Source: Candidatus Fraserbacteria bacterium
GTDB taxonomy: Bacteria > Bipolaricaulota > Bipolaricaulia > RBG-16-55-9 > DRXL01
Assembly: GCA_037440025.1 (NCBI GenBank)
Contig: JBBIUX010000006.1
Location: 11,296-75,295 of the forward strand
Reading direction: 5' to 3'
Length of the DNA stretch: 64,000 bases
Below, piece by piece: positions 19,490-27,455 of this stretch; position 1 is the stretch's first letter, and each line of letters starts with the position of its first letter. Both the position numbers and the translations under genes were made by a program. Under the pieces are notes generated by a model. That model was not told where the DNA came from. It saw nothing but the letters and a program-made list of their open reading frames with translations, and made no database searches.

Positions 19490-21100
19490 ATGCGGCAGAA
19501 GAAACTCTGGCTCCTGGCAGGACTGCTCCTTGCATTCCAGGCTCTAGGTTCCGCAACTATTGAACAGGCGCTCGATCAGAACAAGAACGGCTTCTTGGAT
19601 GACTTAGAGATGCTCCAGGCACTCACTCTCTGGGTACGGCAAACCCCCGTGCCCGGAACAGAGGGCGTGATCATCAGCGATACCCAGATCTTGCAACTGC
19701 TTCAGATGTGGATCAAACAGACACCGATCCCAGGGGAACAGCCACCTCCTCCCCCGCCACCGCCTACAGCCGCCACAGCCTGCCCTGACGCCCCCGCCGG
19801 CGCGCGGGTCTTGACCGTACCCGCTCAGTTTCCCACGATCCAACAAGCCATTCAGAACGCCCGCGACGGCGATAAGGTTTTGGTCAAGCCGGGCACTTAC
19901 AGCGGAGGCATTGTGATCAATAAAGGGATCATCTTCGAAAGCCAGGAGGGCAAGAGCCTCACCAACATTGCCAGCACCGGCGACCAGAAGGGGATCGTCG
20001 TCCTACGGACCGTCGGCGCGGTGATCCGGGGCTTTGGCATCAGCGGGGGAAGATCCGGCATCAGTATCGAAGCCTCCAGTCGAGTCTGTGTCGAACAGAA
20101 TGAAATCTTCAGCAACGTTGGCTCTGGCATTGAGATCGCGGGCAAGCTGACCGAATTGGGCCGCGAAGCCCAGGACATCACCATCGTCAACAACGCCATT
20201 CGCAACAACGTGGGCTATGGCGTCATCGCGACGGAATTCCTGCGCGGGAAGATCCTCGGTAATCAGATCATGGACACGGCAGCTAACCCCGACGGAAGCG
20301 CTGGTTACGGGATCGCGGTCATCGGCGGGAGTCGCGTCGAAATCCGCAAGAATAAAATCTTCCGGTCGCGCTCCCATGGTCTCTTCACCAGCGAGATCAC
20401 CGATCTGCAAATCGCGGAGAACGAGATAAGAATCTCCCCGACAGCACCGGGGGCGACACCGGCAGCGGGGATGGTCGTCGGTCACGGCGCAATTGGAGCG
20501 TTGGTTACAAATAACGCTGTCAGTGAGAGCGAGATCGGCATTCTCATCGAGGAGGTGCGCAGTATCACGCTGCGCGATAATACTATCAGTCGGAGCCGGG
20601 TCGCGGGGGTGCGGGTCAATAGGTCGCTCTTGGTCCGCCTAGAGGGAGATCGCATCACGGAGACACAGCCTCCTCCCATGAGCCCTGAGCGCCCCGCCAT
20701 CGGCGTAGAAGCGCTCAACGACTCCACGGTAAGCTTGACGGGAGTGATCATCCAACGGAGCTTCAGCTATGGCTTGCTGGTGTTGAGCAGGGCGGAAGTC
20801 GAGGTCATGCAGAGCGTGATAGAGCAGACAGCCGGACGACCCGGAGTGTTGGGACGAGGAGTGGGCGTCCAGGGCGCGCTCCTAAAGATGAGAGATAGCA
20901 CCATCGCTCAAAACGCTGACGATGGAGTTGCCGTGCTGGCCAACGGACGGGCGGAACTTTCGGGCAATACAATCAGTGATCATAGCAATTTCGGCATCTT
21001 TGCTGATCCCACTGGCGCCGTACAGTGCCCTGTCGCAAATGTCTTTATCAATAATGAACAGAACCGCTCCGTCAATGTGCCGACAGCTTGCGAAAGCTGA
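19490..21100 (+). CDS. Secreted parallel beta-helix protein with N-terminal EF-hand/dockerin-like module and poly-Pro linker
   Basis: Signal peptide; DQNKNGFLDDLE EF-hand loop + LWV/ISDTQILQL helices; PPPPPPPP; NosD-like beta-helix rungs. Confidence 0.6.
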   Translation: MRQKKLWLLAGLLLAFQALGSATIEQALDQNKNGFLDDLEMLQALTLWVRQTPVPGTEGVIISDTQILQLLQMWIKQTPIPGEQPPPPPPPPTAATACPDAPAGARVLTVPAQFPTIQQAIQNARDGDKVLVKPGTYSGGIVINKGIIFESQEGKSLTNIASTGDQKGIVVLRTVGAVIRGFGISGGRSGISIEASSRVCVEQNEIFSNVGSGIEIAGKLTELGREAQDITIVNNAIRNNVGYGVIATEFLRGKILGNQIMDTAANPDGSAGYGIAVIGGSRVEIRKNKIFRSRSHGLFTSEITDLQIAENEIRISPTAPGATPAAGMVVGHGAIGALVTNNAVSESEIGILIEEVRSITLRDNTISRSRVAGVRVNRSLLVRLEGDRITETQPPPMSPERPAIGVEALNDSTVSLTGVIIQRSFSYGLLVLSRAEVEVMQSVIEQTAGRPGVLGRGVGVQGALLKMRDSTIAQNADDGVAVLANGRAELSGNTISDHSNFGIFADPTGAVQCPVANVFINNEQNRSVNVPTACES

Positions 21101-21138
21101 GAACAAGAGATAACTATACAAAGAGGGGGGCAGACTCT

Positions 21139-23355
21139 ATGCGAGTGATAATTGTTGTTGGGGTGTTGCTAGTGGTCGGAATAGTTGCTGAGGCACAGAC
21201 GCTACGAGTGACCGTGCCGGTGGATCTTGTCAATTGTGTATCGGGAGTGCCGCTGGTCGCGGGCCCGGACGCGGGGAGCGCTGTGGGTCCCGGCGGCGCT
21301 TGCGTTGTCGCTTCGGGCACTTACCCTGTAGCAGTTACCATTACCGTGCCCGGATTGATTCTGATTTCCACAAACGGCGCCATGGCCACGACGATCGCTG
21401 GCCCAGTCACTATAACTGCTGCGGCCAACGGTGTCACCCTTGGTCGAGCAGGCCAAGGATTTATGATCACCGGGGGCCTGACCGTAGGCGCTAATCAGAA
21501 CATTACTGTTGAGGACAGCATCTTCACAGGAAGTGGAGGGCCGGGAGTGTTGGTCGGTGCTCCAGGGGCTGTCCGTAATCTACGTTTTTTGAATCTTCAA
21601 GTACGCGCTAACGGAGGCGGGGGGATCATCTTCACGGGAGGATCTGTCGACGATCTGCTCATCACCGGGAGCGTGATCGAGACCAACGGAGGCCCGGGTA
21701 TAGGTTTCGCTATTGGCGGAAGCGTTCGCAGCTTCAACCTCTCTAGCAACCGCATCATTGGCAATGCGATCGGAGGGATCATCTTCGTTGGCCCCACCAA
21801 CGATGTTGAAGATAGCGAATTTTCTAATCTTATTGTACAAGGCAATGCCGGTCCGGGATTGGCTCTTGCTAACACCGGGCGCGTCATGGGGGTGGTGGTC
21901 TCTGGCAGTAACATCTCCAGTAACACCGGCGACAACGTCGTCTTTGGGAACGGCTTGACCTCAGATGTGGTGTTCGAGAACAACACTATAGAAAACGCCG
22001 CCGCCAACGGCGTAAACTTTTCCAATACTGGTGCGGTGGAAGACTTTGTCTTCCGGAACAACACCATCCAACGCAACGGCTTTAACGGCGTCTTGTTCTT
22101 CAACACCGGCAGGGTAGATAGCATTCAGATCCTTGACAACCGTCTGCGCAATAACGGTTTCCATAATCTTTTTATTAATCATCTGGGGCCTCGTGATTTC
22201 TCGGTCGGGCGGTTGACGATGGAGGGCGGCTTCGTCGACCAAGCGGGCGACAACGGCATCCGTATTGTGACTCTGACCACCGACATTGTCTTCATCACCT
22301 TGACCAATGTTCAAATCAGCAAGAACGGGGGGATAGGGGTCTGCTTACGCACAAACGGGGGAGCTATCGCTGACATCAAGTTTGAAGGAGCAGTTATCAA
22401 AGAAAACCAAGGGGGAGCAGGCTTAACTCCCTGTGATACAGCAGCTGCGCCGATCGGCTCTGGAGCGGAATTGATCACGCTGACGGGGAACATCGGTCCG
22501 GCAGAAGTTACTGGAAGCACCTTTGCCAATAATGGCGGCTTCGGCCTGCGCTTGCAATCGTTGGGGGCCGGTGGCGCGATGGGCGACGTGGGGCCGGTGG
22601 CTGTGCGAAACAGCGCATTCGATCAGAACGGCACGCGGGCCCCGGCGGGCTTGGGCTCTGGGTTCACCGCTCGAGGCCGAGGCGTCCGCGACATCTCCAT
22701 CAACCCCACCACAGCTAATAATAACAACGATCACGGCGTAGATATTCAAGCGACCAGTGATATTAGCAATGTCTCCATTACTGGAGGCGAGTTCTCCAAT
22801 AATGACCGCAACGTAGACACGATTGGCGCGGGGATCAACATCAGCGCCACGCAACGCCTGAGCGGTGTGAAAGTGACAGGAGCCAAGCTGATGTCGAATT
22901 CCCAGGGGGCGCGTGTTCAGGCCGACCGAGCTTCGGATAATCACATCAACCAGTGCGAGATCTCTGGCAATAGACAAGCTGGAGTTGAGGCCTCGATCAC
23001 GTCGGGAGACGATGTGGATGCAACGAACAACTACTGGGGCAGCCCTTCCGGCCCCAGCGGGACCAACGGCGCTGTGGGGCAGGTCACGGCCAGTCCGTTC
23101 TTGAGCGCCCCGCCGGGCGGTCCCACGCCGCCTACACCACCGACGCCACCCACACCGCCAACTCCACCGACCCCGCCGACGCCACCGGCGGGAGGCTTTG
23201 CCGCCTGCGCCGCAGGCGCAGATAACAGAATTGACGATCTAGAAATGCTGGGCATTCTCGATGCATGGATCAAGGGGCAGAGCTATCAAGCCTGCGGGGT
23301 GCCCACGGATTTGGACGTCTTGCAGGCGTTGGATCGCTGGGCGCGGGGAGTGTAG
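21139..23355 (+). CDS. Secreted parallel beta-helix protein, paralogue of the 13282 gene, with (PTPPT)n linker and C-terminal dockerin-like module
   Basis: Long stretches collinear with the 13282 product (NNNDHG..EFSNNDRNVDTIG.GI.IS, NYWGSPSGP); PTPPTPPTPPTPPTPPTPP; ATG at 21139 with GAGGGGGG SD. Confidence 0.7.
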   Translation: MRVIIVVGVLLVVGIVAEAQTLRVTVPVDLVNCVSGVPLVAGPDAGSAVGPGGACVVASGTYPVAVTITVPGLILISTNGAMATTIAGPVTITAAANGVTLGRAGQGFMITGGLTVGANQNITVEDSIFTGSGGPGVLVGAPGAVRNLRFLNLQVRANGGGGIIFTGGSVDDLLITGSVIETNGGPGIGFAIGGSVRSFNLSSNRIIGNAIGGIIFVGPTNDVEDSEFSNLIVQGNAGPGLALANTGRVMGVVVSGSNISSNTGDNVVFGNGLTSDVVFENNTIENAAANGVNFSNTGAVEDFVFRNNTIQRNGFNGVLFFNTGRVDSIQILDNRLRNNGFHNLFINHLGPRDFSVGRLTMEGGFVDQAGDNGIRIVTLTTDIVFITLTNVQISKNGGIGVCLRTNGGAIADIKFEGAVIKENQGGAGLTPCDTAAAPIGSGAELITLTGNIGPAEVTGSTFANNGGFGLRLQSLGAGGAMGDVGPVAVRNSAFDQNGTRAPAGLGSGFTARGRGVRDISINPTTANNNNDHGVDIQATSDISNVSITGGEFSNNDRNVDTIGAGINISATQRLSGVKVTGAKLMSNSQGARVQADRASDNHINQCEISGNRQAGVEASITSGDDVDATNNYWGSPSGPSGTNGAVGQVTASPFLSAPPGGPTPPTPPTPPTPPTPPTPPTPPAGGFAACAAGADNRIDDLEMLGILDAWIKGQSYQACGVPTDLDVLQALDRWARGV

Positions 23356-23483
23356 GCCCTCACCCCGCCCTGCGGGCACCCCGAGACGTTTTGGTGCAGC
23401 ATCTTTCCGAGAAAGCGGTCGCACCAAAACGTCTCGCCCTCTCCCGTAGTTGACCTACGGGAGAGGGGTTGGGGGTGAGGGCC
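23355..23483. repeat. Nested palindromic repeat, family B (GGCCCTCACCCC....GGGGGTGAGGGCC with inner GAGACGTTTTGGTGCAG/TCGCACCAAAACGTCTC)
   Basis: Outer and inner inverted repeats read directly; related copies at 33163, 62278 and in-frame in recG. Confidence 0.75.
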
Positions 23484-23486
23484 TCT

Positions 23487-23573
23487 GAATCACGGAAGGC
23501 GCGGAATCGCCACGGAGAGCACGGAAGATTTTTTCTGTGTCTTCCGTGGCCCGTTCGGTGTCCTCCGTGATTC
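23487..23573. repeat. Family C CACGGAAG hairpin repeat, copy with promoter tail
   Basis: ~135 bp near-identical to 31209-31338. Confidence 0.8.
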
Positions 23574-23578
23574 AAAGT

Positions 23579-23607
23579 TTGACCTGCAGAAGTGCCCAGG
23601 CTATACT
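23579..23607 (+). promoter_or_regulatory. Near-consensus sigma70 promoter TTGACC-17-TATACT embedded in the repeat tail
   Basis: TTGACC 23579-84, TATACT 23602-07, 17-nt spacer; ATG of next ORF at 23634. Confidence 0.6.
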
Positions 23608-23633
23608 GAAAGGGCTGAGGCGAGGTGTGAGCT

Positions 23634-23954
23634 ATGTCTGTCACGAAGTCGCAGCCAAAGCCCCAGGACGTAGAGAAATGGGGCGTCTATGCCAAGGCAA
23701 GTCGGCTCTTCGCGGAAAGGGTCAAAAACCTCCCCGGCGTCCGAGCCGTAGCAGCCAAATATTGCGGGGATTACGTGGATTTGTGGGTCTTCACCGACGA
23801 AGTCCACCAGAGCGAGTTGATCCACCCTGTGGGAGCGGCCCTCAAACAGCTCGGAGAGCAATTTCCTGAACTCCTCTTTGACTCGTTCGTAACACGTCAA
23901 GGGATCCCAGACGGCTTTGTAGCCTTCTTCCATGCCAACGCCCCAGGAGCATGA
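23634..23954 (+). CDS. Hypothetical protein, possibly nucleotidyltransferase-like
   Basis: 106 aa; GDYVDLWVF resembles a degenerate NT-fold motif; 23-nt overlap with next ORF. Confidence 0.3.
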   Translation: MSVTKSQPKPQDVEKWGVYAKASRLFAERVKNLPGVRAVAAKYCGDYVDLWVFTDEVHQSELIHPVGAALKQLGEQFPELLFDSFVTRQGIPDGFVAFFHANAPGA

Positions 23955-24285
23955 GGGGAAATCGCGCGCTATTGAGCGCCTCTTCTCCGTATTCAATGAC
24001 AATGAACCGGATCATTGGGATTGGCTGGCTATCGTAGCCTTCTACGCTGCGCTTCACTGGGTGGACGCTGCCCTGGCACACCAAGGGCTCCATCCGAGCA
24101 ACCATCGAGAGCGGAACCGGATGGCGCAAGGCTTGCCGATCTGGAACGAATATTACGAGCTCTACGCGGTAAGCCGGATTGCGCGCTACGAAGCAGGGCA
24201 TGTGTCCCAACAGATTGCCATACGCATGCGCGATCAGAATTTGCCCGCTGTACGTATCTGGGCTCAACAGACCAAGCAACCATAG
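23932..24285 (+). CDS. Hypothetical protein, possibly HEPN-like (R-x4-H in RYEAGH)
   Basis: 117 aa, helical, Rx4H motif; coupled to upstream ORF. Confidence 0.3.
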   Translation: MPTPQEHEGKSRAIERLFSVFNDNEPDHWDWLAIVAFYAALHWVDAALAHQGLHPSNHRERNRMAQGLPIWNEYYELYAVSRIARYEAGHVSQQIAIRMRDQNLPAVRIWAQQTKQP

Positions 24286-24297
24286 CGTTTGAAAGTA

Positions 24298-24393
24298 GAA
24301 TCACGGAAGGCGCGGAAATCGCCACGGGGGACACGGAAACGGCAGGTGTTTTCTGTGCCTTCCGTGGCTCTTTCTTCTGTGGGCTCCGTGGTT
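24298..24393. repeat. Family C hairpin repeat
   Basis: GAATCACGGAAGGCGCGGAAATCGCCACGG...GGCTCCGTGGTTC. Confidence 0.75.
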
Positions 24394-24486
24394 CAGAAGC
24401 GTTAGGGGATAGGTGAGGGGTGGCAAAGCGAACCTTCATCGGGTATAACTGAAATACCATGACCGCTATGCTTTTAGGAGAACTTA

Positions 24487-24759
24487 GTGCGCATTCGCAA
24501 GCTCCTGTGGAGCCAAGCTATCATCGAGAAATTGCACACAAAGCATCGAGTCTCGCCCAGCGAGGTCAAGGCCGTCTGTGCTGGCGCACATATAACATGG
24601 GCCGGACGACGTGGCACGTATTATCTGCTGGGACAGACCAAGAGCGGACGCTATCTCTTCGTCGTTGTGGCCCATAAAGGCTCCGGGGTGTTCAAAGTCA
24701 TCACTGCCCGAGATATGACCGAAGCCGAACGCCAACGCTTCTCGAGGAGGAGACCATGA
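24487..24759 (+). CDS. brnT: BrnT-family (DUF497) ribonuclease toxin
   Basis: 90 aa, GTG start; ...ETKH.V...EVE.VF...RYLTAFF/ RYLFVVVAHKG pattern of BrnT; overlaps antitoxin start. Confidence 0.65.
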   Translation: MRIRKLLWSQAIIEKLHTKHRVSPSEVKAVCAGAHITWAGRRGTYYLLGQTKSGRYLFVVVAHKGSGVFKVITARDMTEAERQRFSRRRP

Positions 24760-25103
24760 AACTCCCGAAATTTCGCTCCGAACAAGAAGAAGCAGCCTTC
24801 TGGGAGACCCACGACCTCAGCGATTATCTGGACGAGCTTGAGGAGATACAATTCGAGTGGGCTCCGGACGAAGACACCTGCCCCAGCTGCGGCGCGGCCA
24901 TGAAGCCTGAACAGTTCGAAGTCGAACTGCTGGAGGGGCTCTACCTGCGGAATCTGCGGCGATATCGCTGCCCGGTGTGCCAGACGGTCCAACTCACGCC
25001 GGAGTCGTTGGTGCACATCAACCAGACAGACAGCTTGATTAGGCGATTCGGATTAGCAGGGCTTCTGTTGCAAAAGGAGTTAGTAAGCGAGTTCAGAACC
25101 TAG
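24756..25103 (+). CDS. brnA: BrnA-like antitoxin with C-terminal zinc ribbon
   Basis: EEAAFWETHDLSDYLDE BrnA-type motif; CPSCG...CPVC. Confidence 0.6.
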   Translation: MKLPKFRSEQEEAAFWETHDLSDYLDELEEIQFEWAPDEDTCPSCGAAMKPEQFEVELLEGLYLRNLRRYRCPVCQTVQLTPESLVHINQTDSLIRRFGLAGLLLQKELVSEFRT

Positions 25104-25126
25104 CGCAAGCAAAAGCTGGCATCGAA

Positions 25127-25349
25127 GCGCCCCTGGGGGGAGACCCCCGGGGGCGGTGGTTTTTAACCTAACCCCCAAGCCCCCTTCCCAGCGAAGAGTC
25201 AAGAGTCTAGGAGTCGAGGGTCGAGAGACTCCAGACCCCCAGACTCTGGACCTTTCTGTAAGGGAGGGGCTAGGGGAGAGGTCTTGAACCACGGCAAGCA
25301 CGGAACCTGCCACGGGGAATACGGAAGACGGCGGGTCTTTTTCCGTGCC
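25127..25349. repeat. Composite intergenic repeat block: terminator-like GC hairpin+T-tract (family D), GAGTC/GACTC-rich repeat (family E), truncated family C hairpin
   Basis: GCGCCCCTGGGGGGAGACCCCCGGGGGCGGTGGTTTTTAACC; AGAGTCTAGGAGTCGAGGGTCGAGAGACTCCAGACCCCCAGACTCTGGACC; GAACCACGGCAAGCACGGAA... Confidence 0.75.
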
Positions 25350-25367
25350 TTAACGACACAGACGACT

Positions 25368-25478
25368 TTATAAATGCGGTGTCCGCCGCTCCGCCAGGTA
25401 GTCGCGGATCAGAGGAAGCACCGTAAATCCCAAAGCTGTTAGCCCAATGACCAGGAGAATAATGTACAGCGGTAACAT
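25368..25478 (-). CDS. Tiny single-TM peptide (36 aa, MLPLYIILLVIGLTALGFTVLPLIRDYLAERRTPHL), second gene of the small-membrane-peptide cassette
   Basis: Not in ORF track (<60 aa); ATG 2 nt after stop of upstream gene; paralogue of 31509-31616 product. Confidence 0.5.
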   Translation of the reverse strand: MLPLYIILLVIGLTALGFTVLPLIRDYLAERRTPHL

Positions 25479-25480
25479 AC

Positions 25481-25702
25481 TCACCCCCTCGCGATCTTCC
25501 TTAACCGTAAATAGCCGAAAATATAGATCAGCAACCAGATAATTGATCCCAGGACCGAGACCCCCAAGTGAAATCCTTCCGGGTTAAGAAACTGACCGAA
25601 GACCAGCGCGCCAATGGCAATATTCGCCACATCAAACAGCTTCTCGATAACAACGCGCTCTGCTTCGTGCTCTCCCGATAGAGGCTTTTCCTTTTTACTC
25701 AT
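25481..25702 (-). CDS. Small two-TM membrane protein (73 aa), paralogue of 31339-31509 product
   Basis: LFDVANIAIGALVFGQF...LGSIIWLLIYIFGY aligns with LMDVANYAAGALLIGQI...LGGAIWLCFYAIEE. Confidence 0.55.
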   Translation of the reverse strand: MSKKEKPLSGEHEAERVVIEKLFDVANIAIGALVFGQFLNPEGFHLGVSVLGSIIWLLIYIFGYLRLRKIARG

Positions 25703-25789
25703 GCTATTAGCAGTATAGAAGCCCCGTCCGGTTTTGTCAATGGTGGGAGCGCAGGGCGAGTGTTTTCCCCCTCACCCCTTGCTCCCCTC

Positions 25790-26013
25790 TCCCTTCGCGG
25801 TGGTTTTTGACCTAACCCCCCAGCCACCTTCCCAGCGAAGAGTCTAGGAGTCGAGGGTCGAGAGACTCCAGACCCCCAGACTCTGGACCTTTCTGTAAGG
25901 GAGGGGCTAGGGGAGAGGTCTGCATCACGGAAGGCGCGGAATCGCCACGGGGGACACGGAAACGGCAGGTGTTTTCAGTGCCTTCCGTGGCTCTTTCTGT
26001 GGGCTCCGTGGTT
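25790..26013. repeat. Composite repeat block: partial family D, family E (GAGTC-rich), family C hairpin
   Basis: Near-duplicate of the 25127-25349 block in the opposite arrangement around the small membrane gene. Confidence 0.75.
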
Positions 26014-26105
26014 CGAGCTTGCACCGCAAAGCCCCAGGAGGGAGGGAGAGGGGACAGCTTGAACGAAACCGCCGCATAGGGTAGGATGGCTAATCGGAGA
26101 GCACG

Positions 26106-26342
26106 ATGAGCACTGCCATAATGTCGAAACAAACAGAGAAAGCCAAGCAGTTCTATCGCCGGTTGGAGCCCCGCTTGCTCCCTGAGCATCGTGGGCAGAT
26201 CGTAGCCATCGAAATCGAGTCCGGGACTTATTTCCTCGGGGATGACGAGCTGGAGGTCGCCCGCCGTGCCCAAGCCCAATTCCCTGACAAACTCTTTTAT
26301 TTCTTCCGCGTCGGGGAACGCGCCGTCCACAAACTGCGCTAA
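26106..26342 (+). CDS. Small DUF5678-like protein (partner of retropepsin-like protease)
   Basis: 78 aa; stop immediately precedes start of protease gene (TAATG). Confidence 0.4.
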   Translation: MSTAIMSKQTEKAKQFYRRLEPRLLPEHRGQIVAIEIESGTYFLGDDELEVARRAQAQFPDKLFYFFRVGERAVHKLR

Positions 26343-26713
26343 TGCTTCGCGGACGGGTCAATGAGTACGGCGAGCCGCTGGTGGTGATCACCTTGGACTT
26401 GGGCCATAAACGCCAACGGCAGACTGCCATCATTGATACTGGTTTTAACGGTTACCTGAGCGTGCCCAAGCCCGTGATTCAGCAATCTGATTGGCAGTGG
26501 CTTGGCTTTGAGGACTATGAGCTGGCCTCCGGAGCCGTTGTCCGAGAGCAAGTCTACCGGGGAAGAATCATCTTCGATCAGAAACGACTGGAGGTCTACG
26601 TGGTGGCCACTGATTCCGCAGATATTTTGATCGGCACACGATTATTGCAAAGCAAGCGGCTGTTGATCGACTTTAGCAGCGACGCAGTTCACATCAAGGA
26701 CAGTCGCGACTAA
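26342..26713 (+). CDS. Retropepsin-like (clan AA) aspartic peptidase
   Basis: AIIDTGFNGYLSVP = DTG active-site motif in a ~120-aa single-lobe protease. Confidence 0.6.
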   Translation: MLRGRVNEYGEPLVVITLDLGHKRQRQTAIIDTGFNGYLSVPKPVIQQSDWQWLGFEDYELASGAVVREQVYRGRIIFDQKRLEVYVVATDSADILIGTRLLQSKRLLIDFSSDAVHIKDSRD

Positions 26714-26727
26714 GAAGGACAGCCTCG

Positions 26728-26830
26728 AGCGCCCCTGGGGGAGCGATCCCCGGGGGCGGTGGTTTTTGACCTAACCCCCGACTACTACAAAGGTGGGGAG
26801 GGGCTAGGGGAGAGGTCTCGCCGCGTGCAA
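26728..26830. repeat. Family D terminator-like hairpin + GGGGCTAGGGGAGAGGTC tail
   Basis: GAGCGCCCCTGGGGGAGCGATCCCCGGGGGCGGTGGTTTTTGACCTAACCCCC... Confidence 0.7.
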
Positions 26831-26881
26831 ACGGCTTGCACGGCTGTGGCTGGCGGAGTAGGATAACAAGGGTGATCGCGC

Positions 26882-27445
26882 ATGGCCACCAAAGCCCAGA
26901 TCAAATTCACCTACGAAGACTACAAGAGCCTGCCTTACTCAGAGCGCGAGCGCTTTGAGCTCCTGGAAGGAGAGCTGATCCCTATGCCGCCGTCCCCAGG
27001 ATTCGCCCATCAATCGGTCTCGTTGGAGCTGGTTACCCGACTCCATCTCTTTGTGCAGGAGAGAACATTAGGGACGGTCCTTGAGGCCCCCTTTGACGTA
27101 GTGCTGGGAGAGCCCGGGGAAGAGCAGGTCGTGCAGCCGGACATTCTCTTCGTCTCCAAGGAGCGACGCCGTATCATCCAGGAAGACGAAATTCGCGGAG
27201 CGCCTGACCTCGTCGTCGAAATTCTCTCCCCTTCTACGAAAGAGAAGGATCGCACCTACAAGCGCCGTCTCTATGCCAAGTATGGCGTCCGGGAATACTG
27301 GATCGCCGATCCCGACAGTCAGACCATCGAGGTACTCACGCTGGGCAAGCGGGGCTATGAACGGGCCGGGCTCTATCACAAAAACGAGATATTGGAGTCG
27401 CCGCTCTTGTCGGGTCTGCGAATTCCCCTGAGCGAAGTCTTATAG
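26882..27445 (+). CDS. Uma2-family (DUF820) restriction-endonuclease-fold protein, paralogue 1
   Basis: MATKAQIKFTYEDYKSLPY...QPDILFVS...GAPDLVVEILSPST (PD-(D/E)xK-like core). Confidence 0.75.
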   Translation: MATKAQIKFTYEDYKSLPYSERERFELLEGELIPMPPSPGFAHQSVSLELVTRLHLFVQERTLGTVLEAPFDVVLGEPGEEQVVQPDILFVSKERRRIIQEDEIRGAPDLVVEILSPSTKEKDRTYKRRLYAKYGVREYWIADPDSQTIEVLTLGKRGYERAGLYHKNEILESPLLSGLRIPLSEVL

Positions 27446-27455
27446 GACGGAGTCT

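Noticed and set aside
23100-23200. Tandem 15-nt repeat CCGCCTACACCACCGACGCCACC... near the end of the 21139 gene
   Set aside because: It is in-frame coding sequence for a (PTPPT)n inter-domain linker, not a non-coding satellite or CRISPR.
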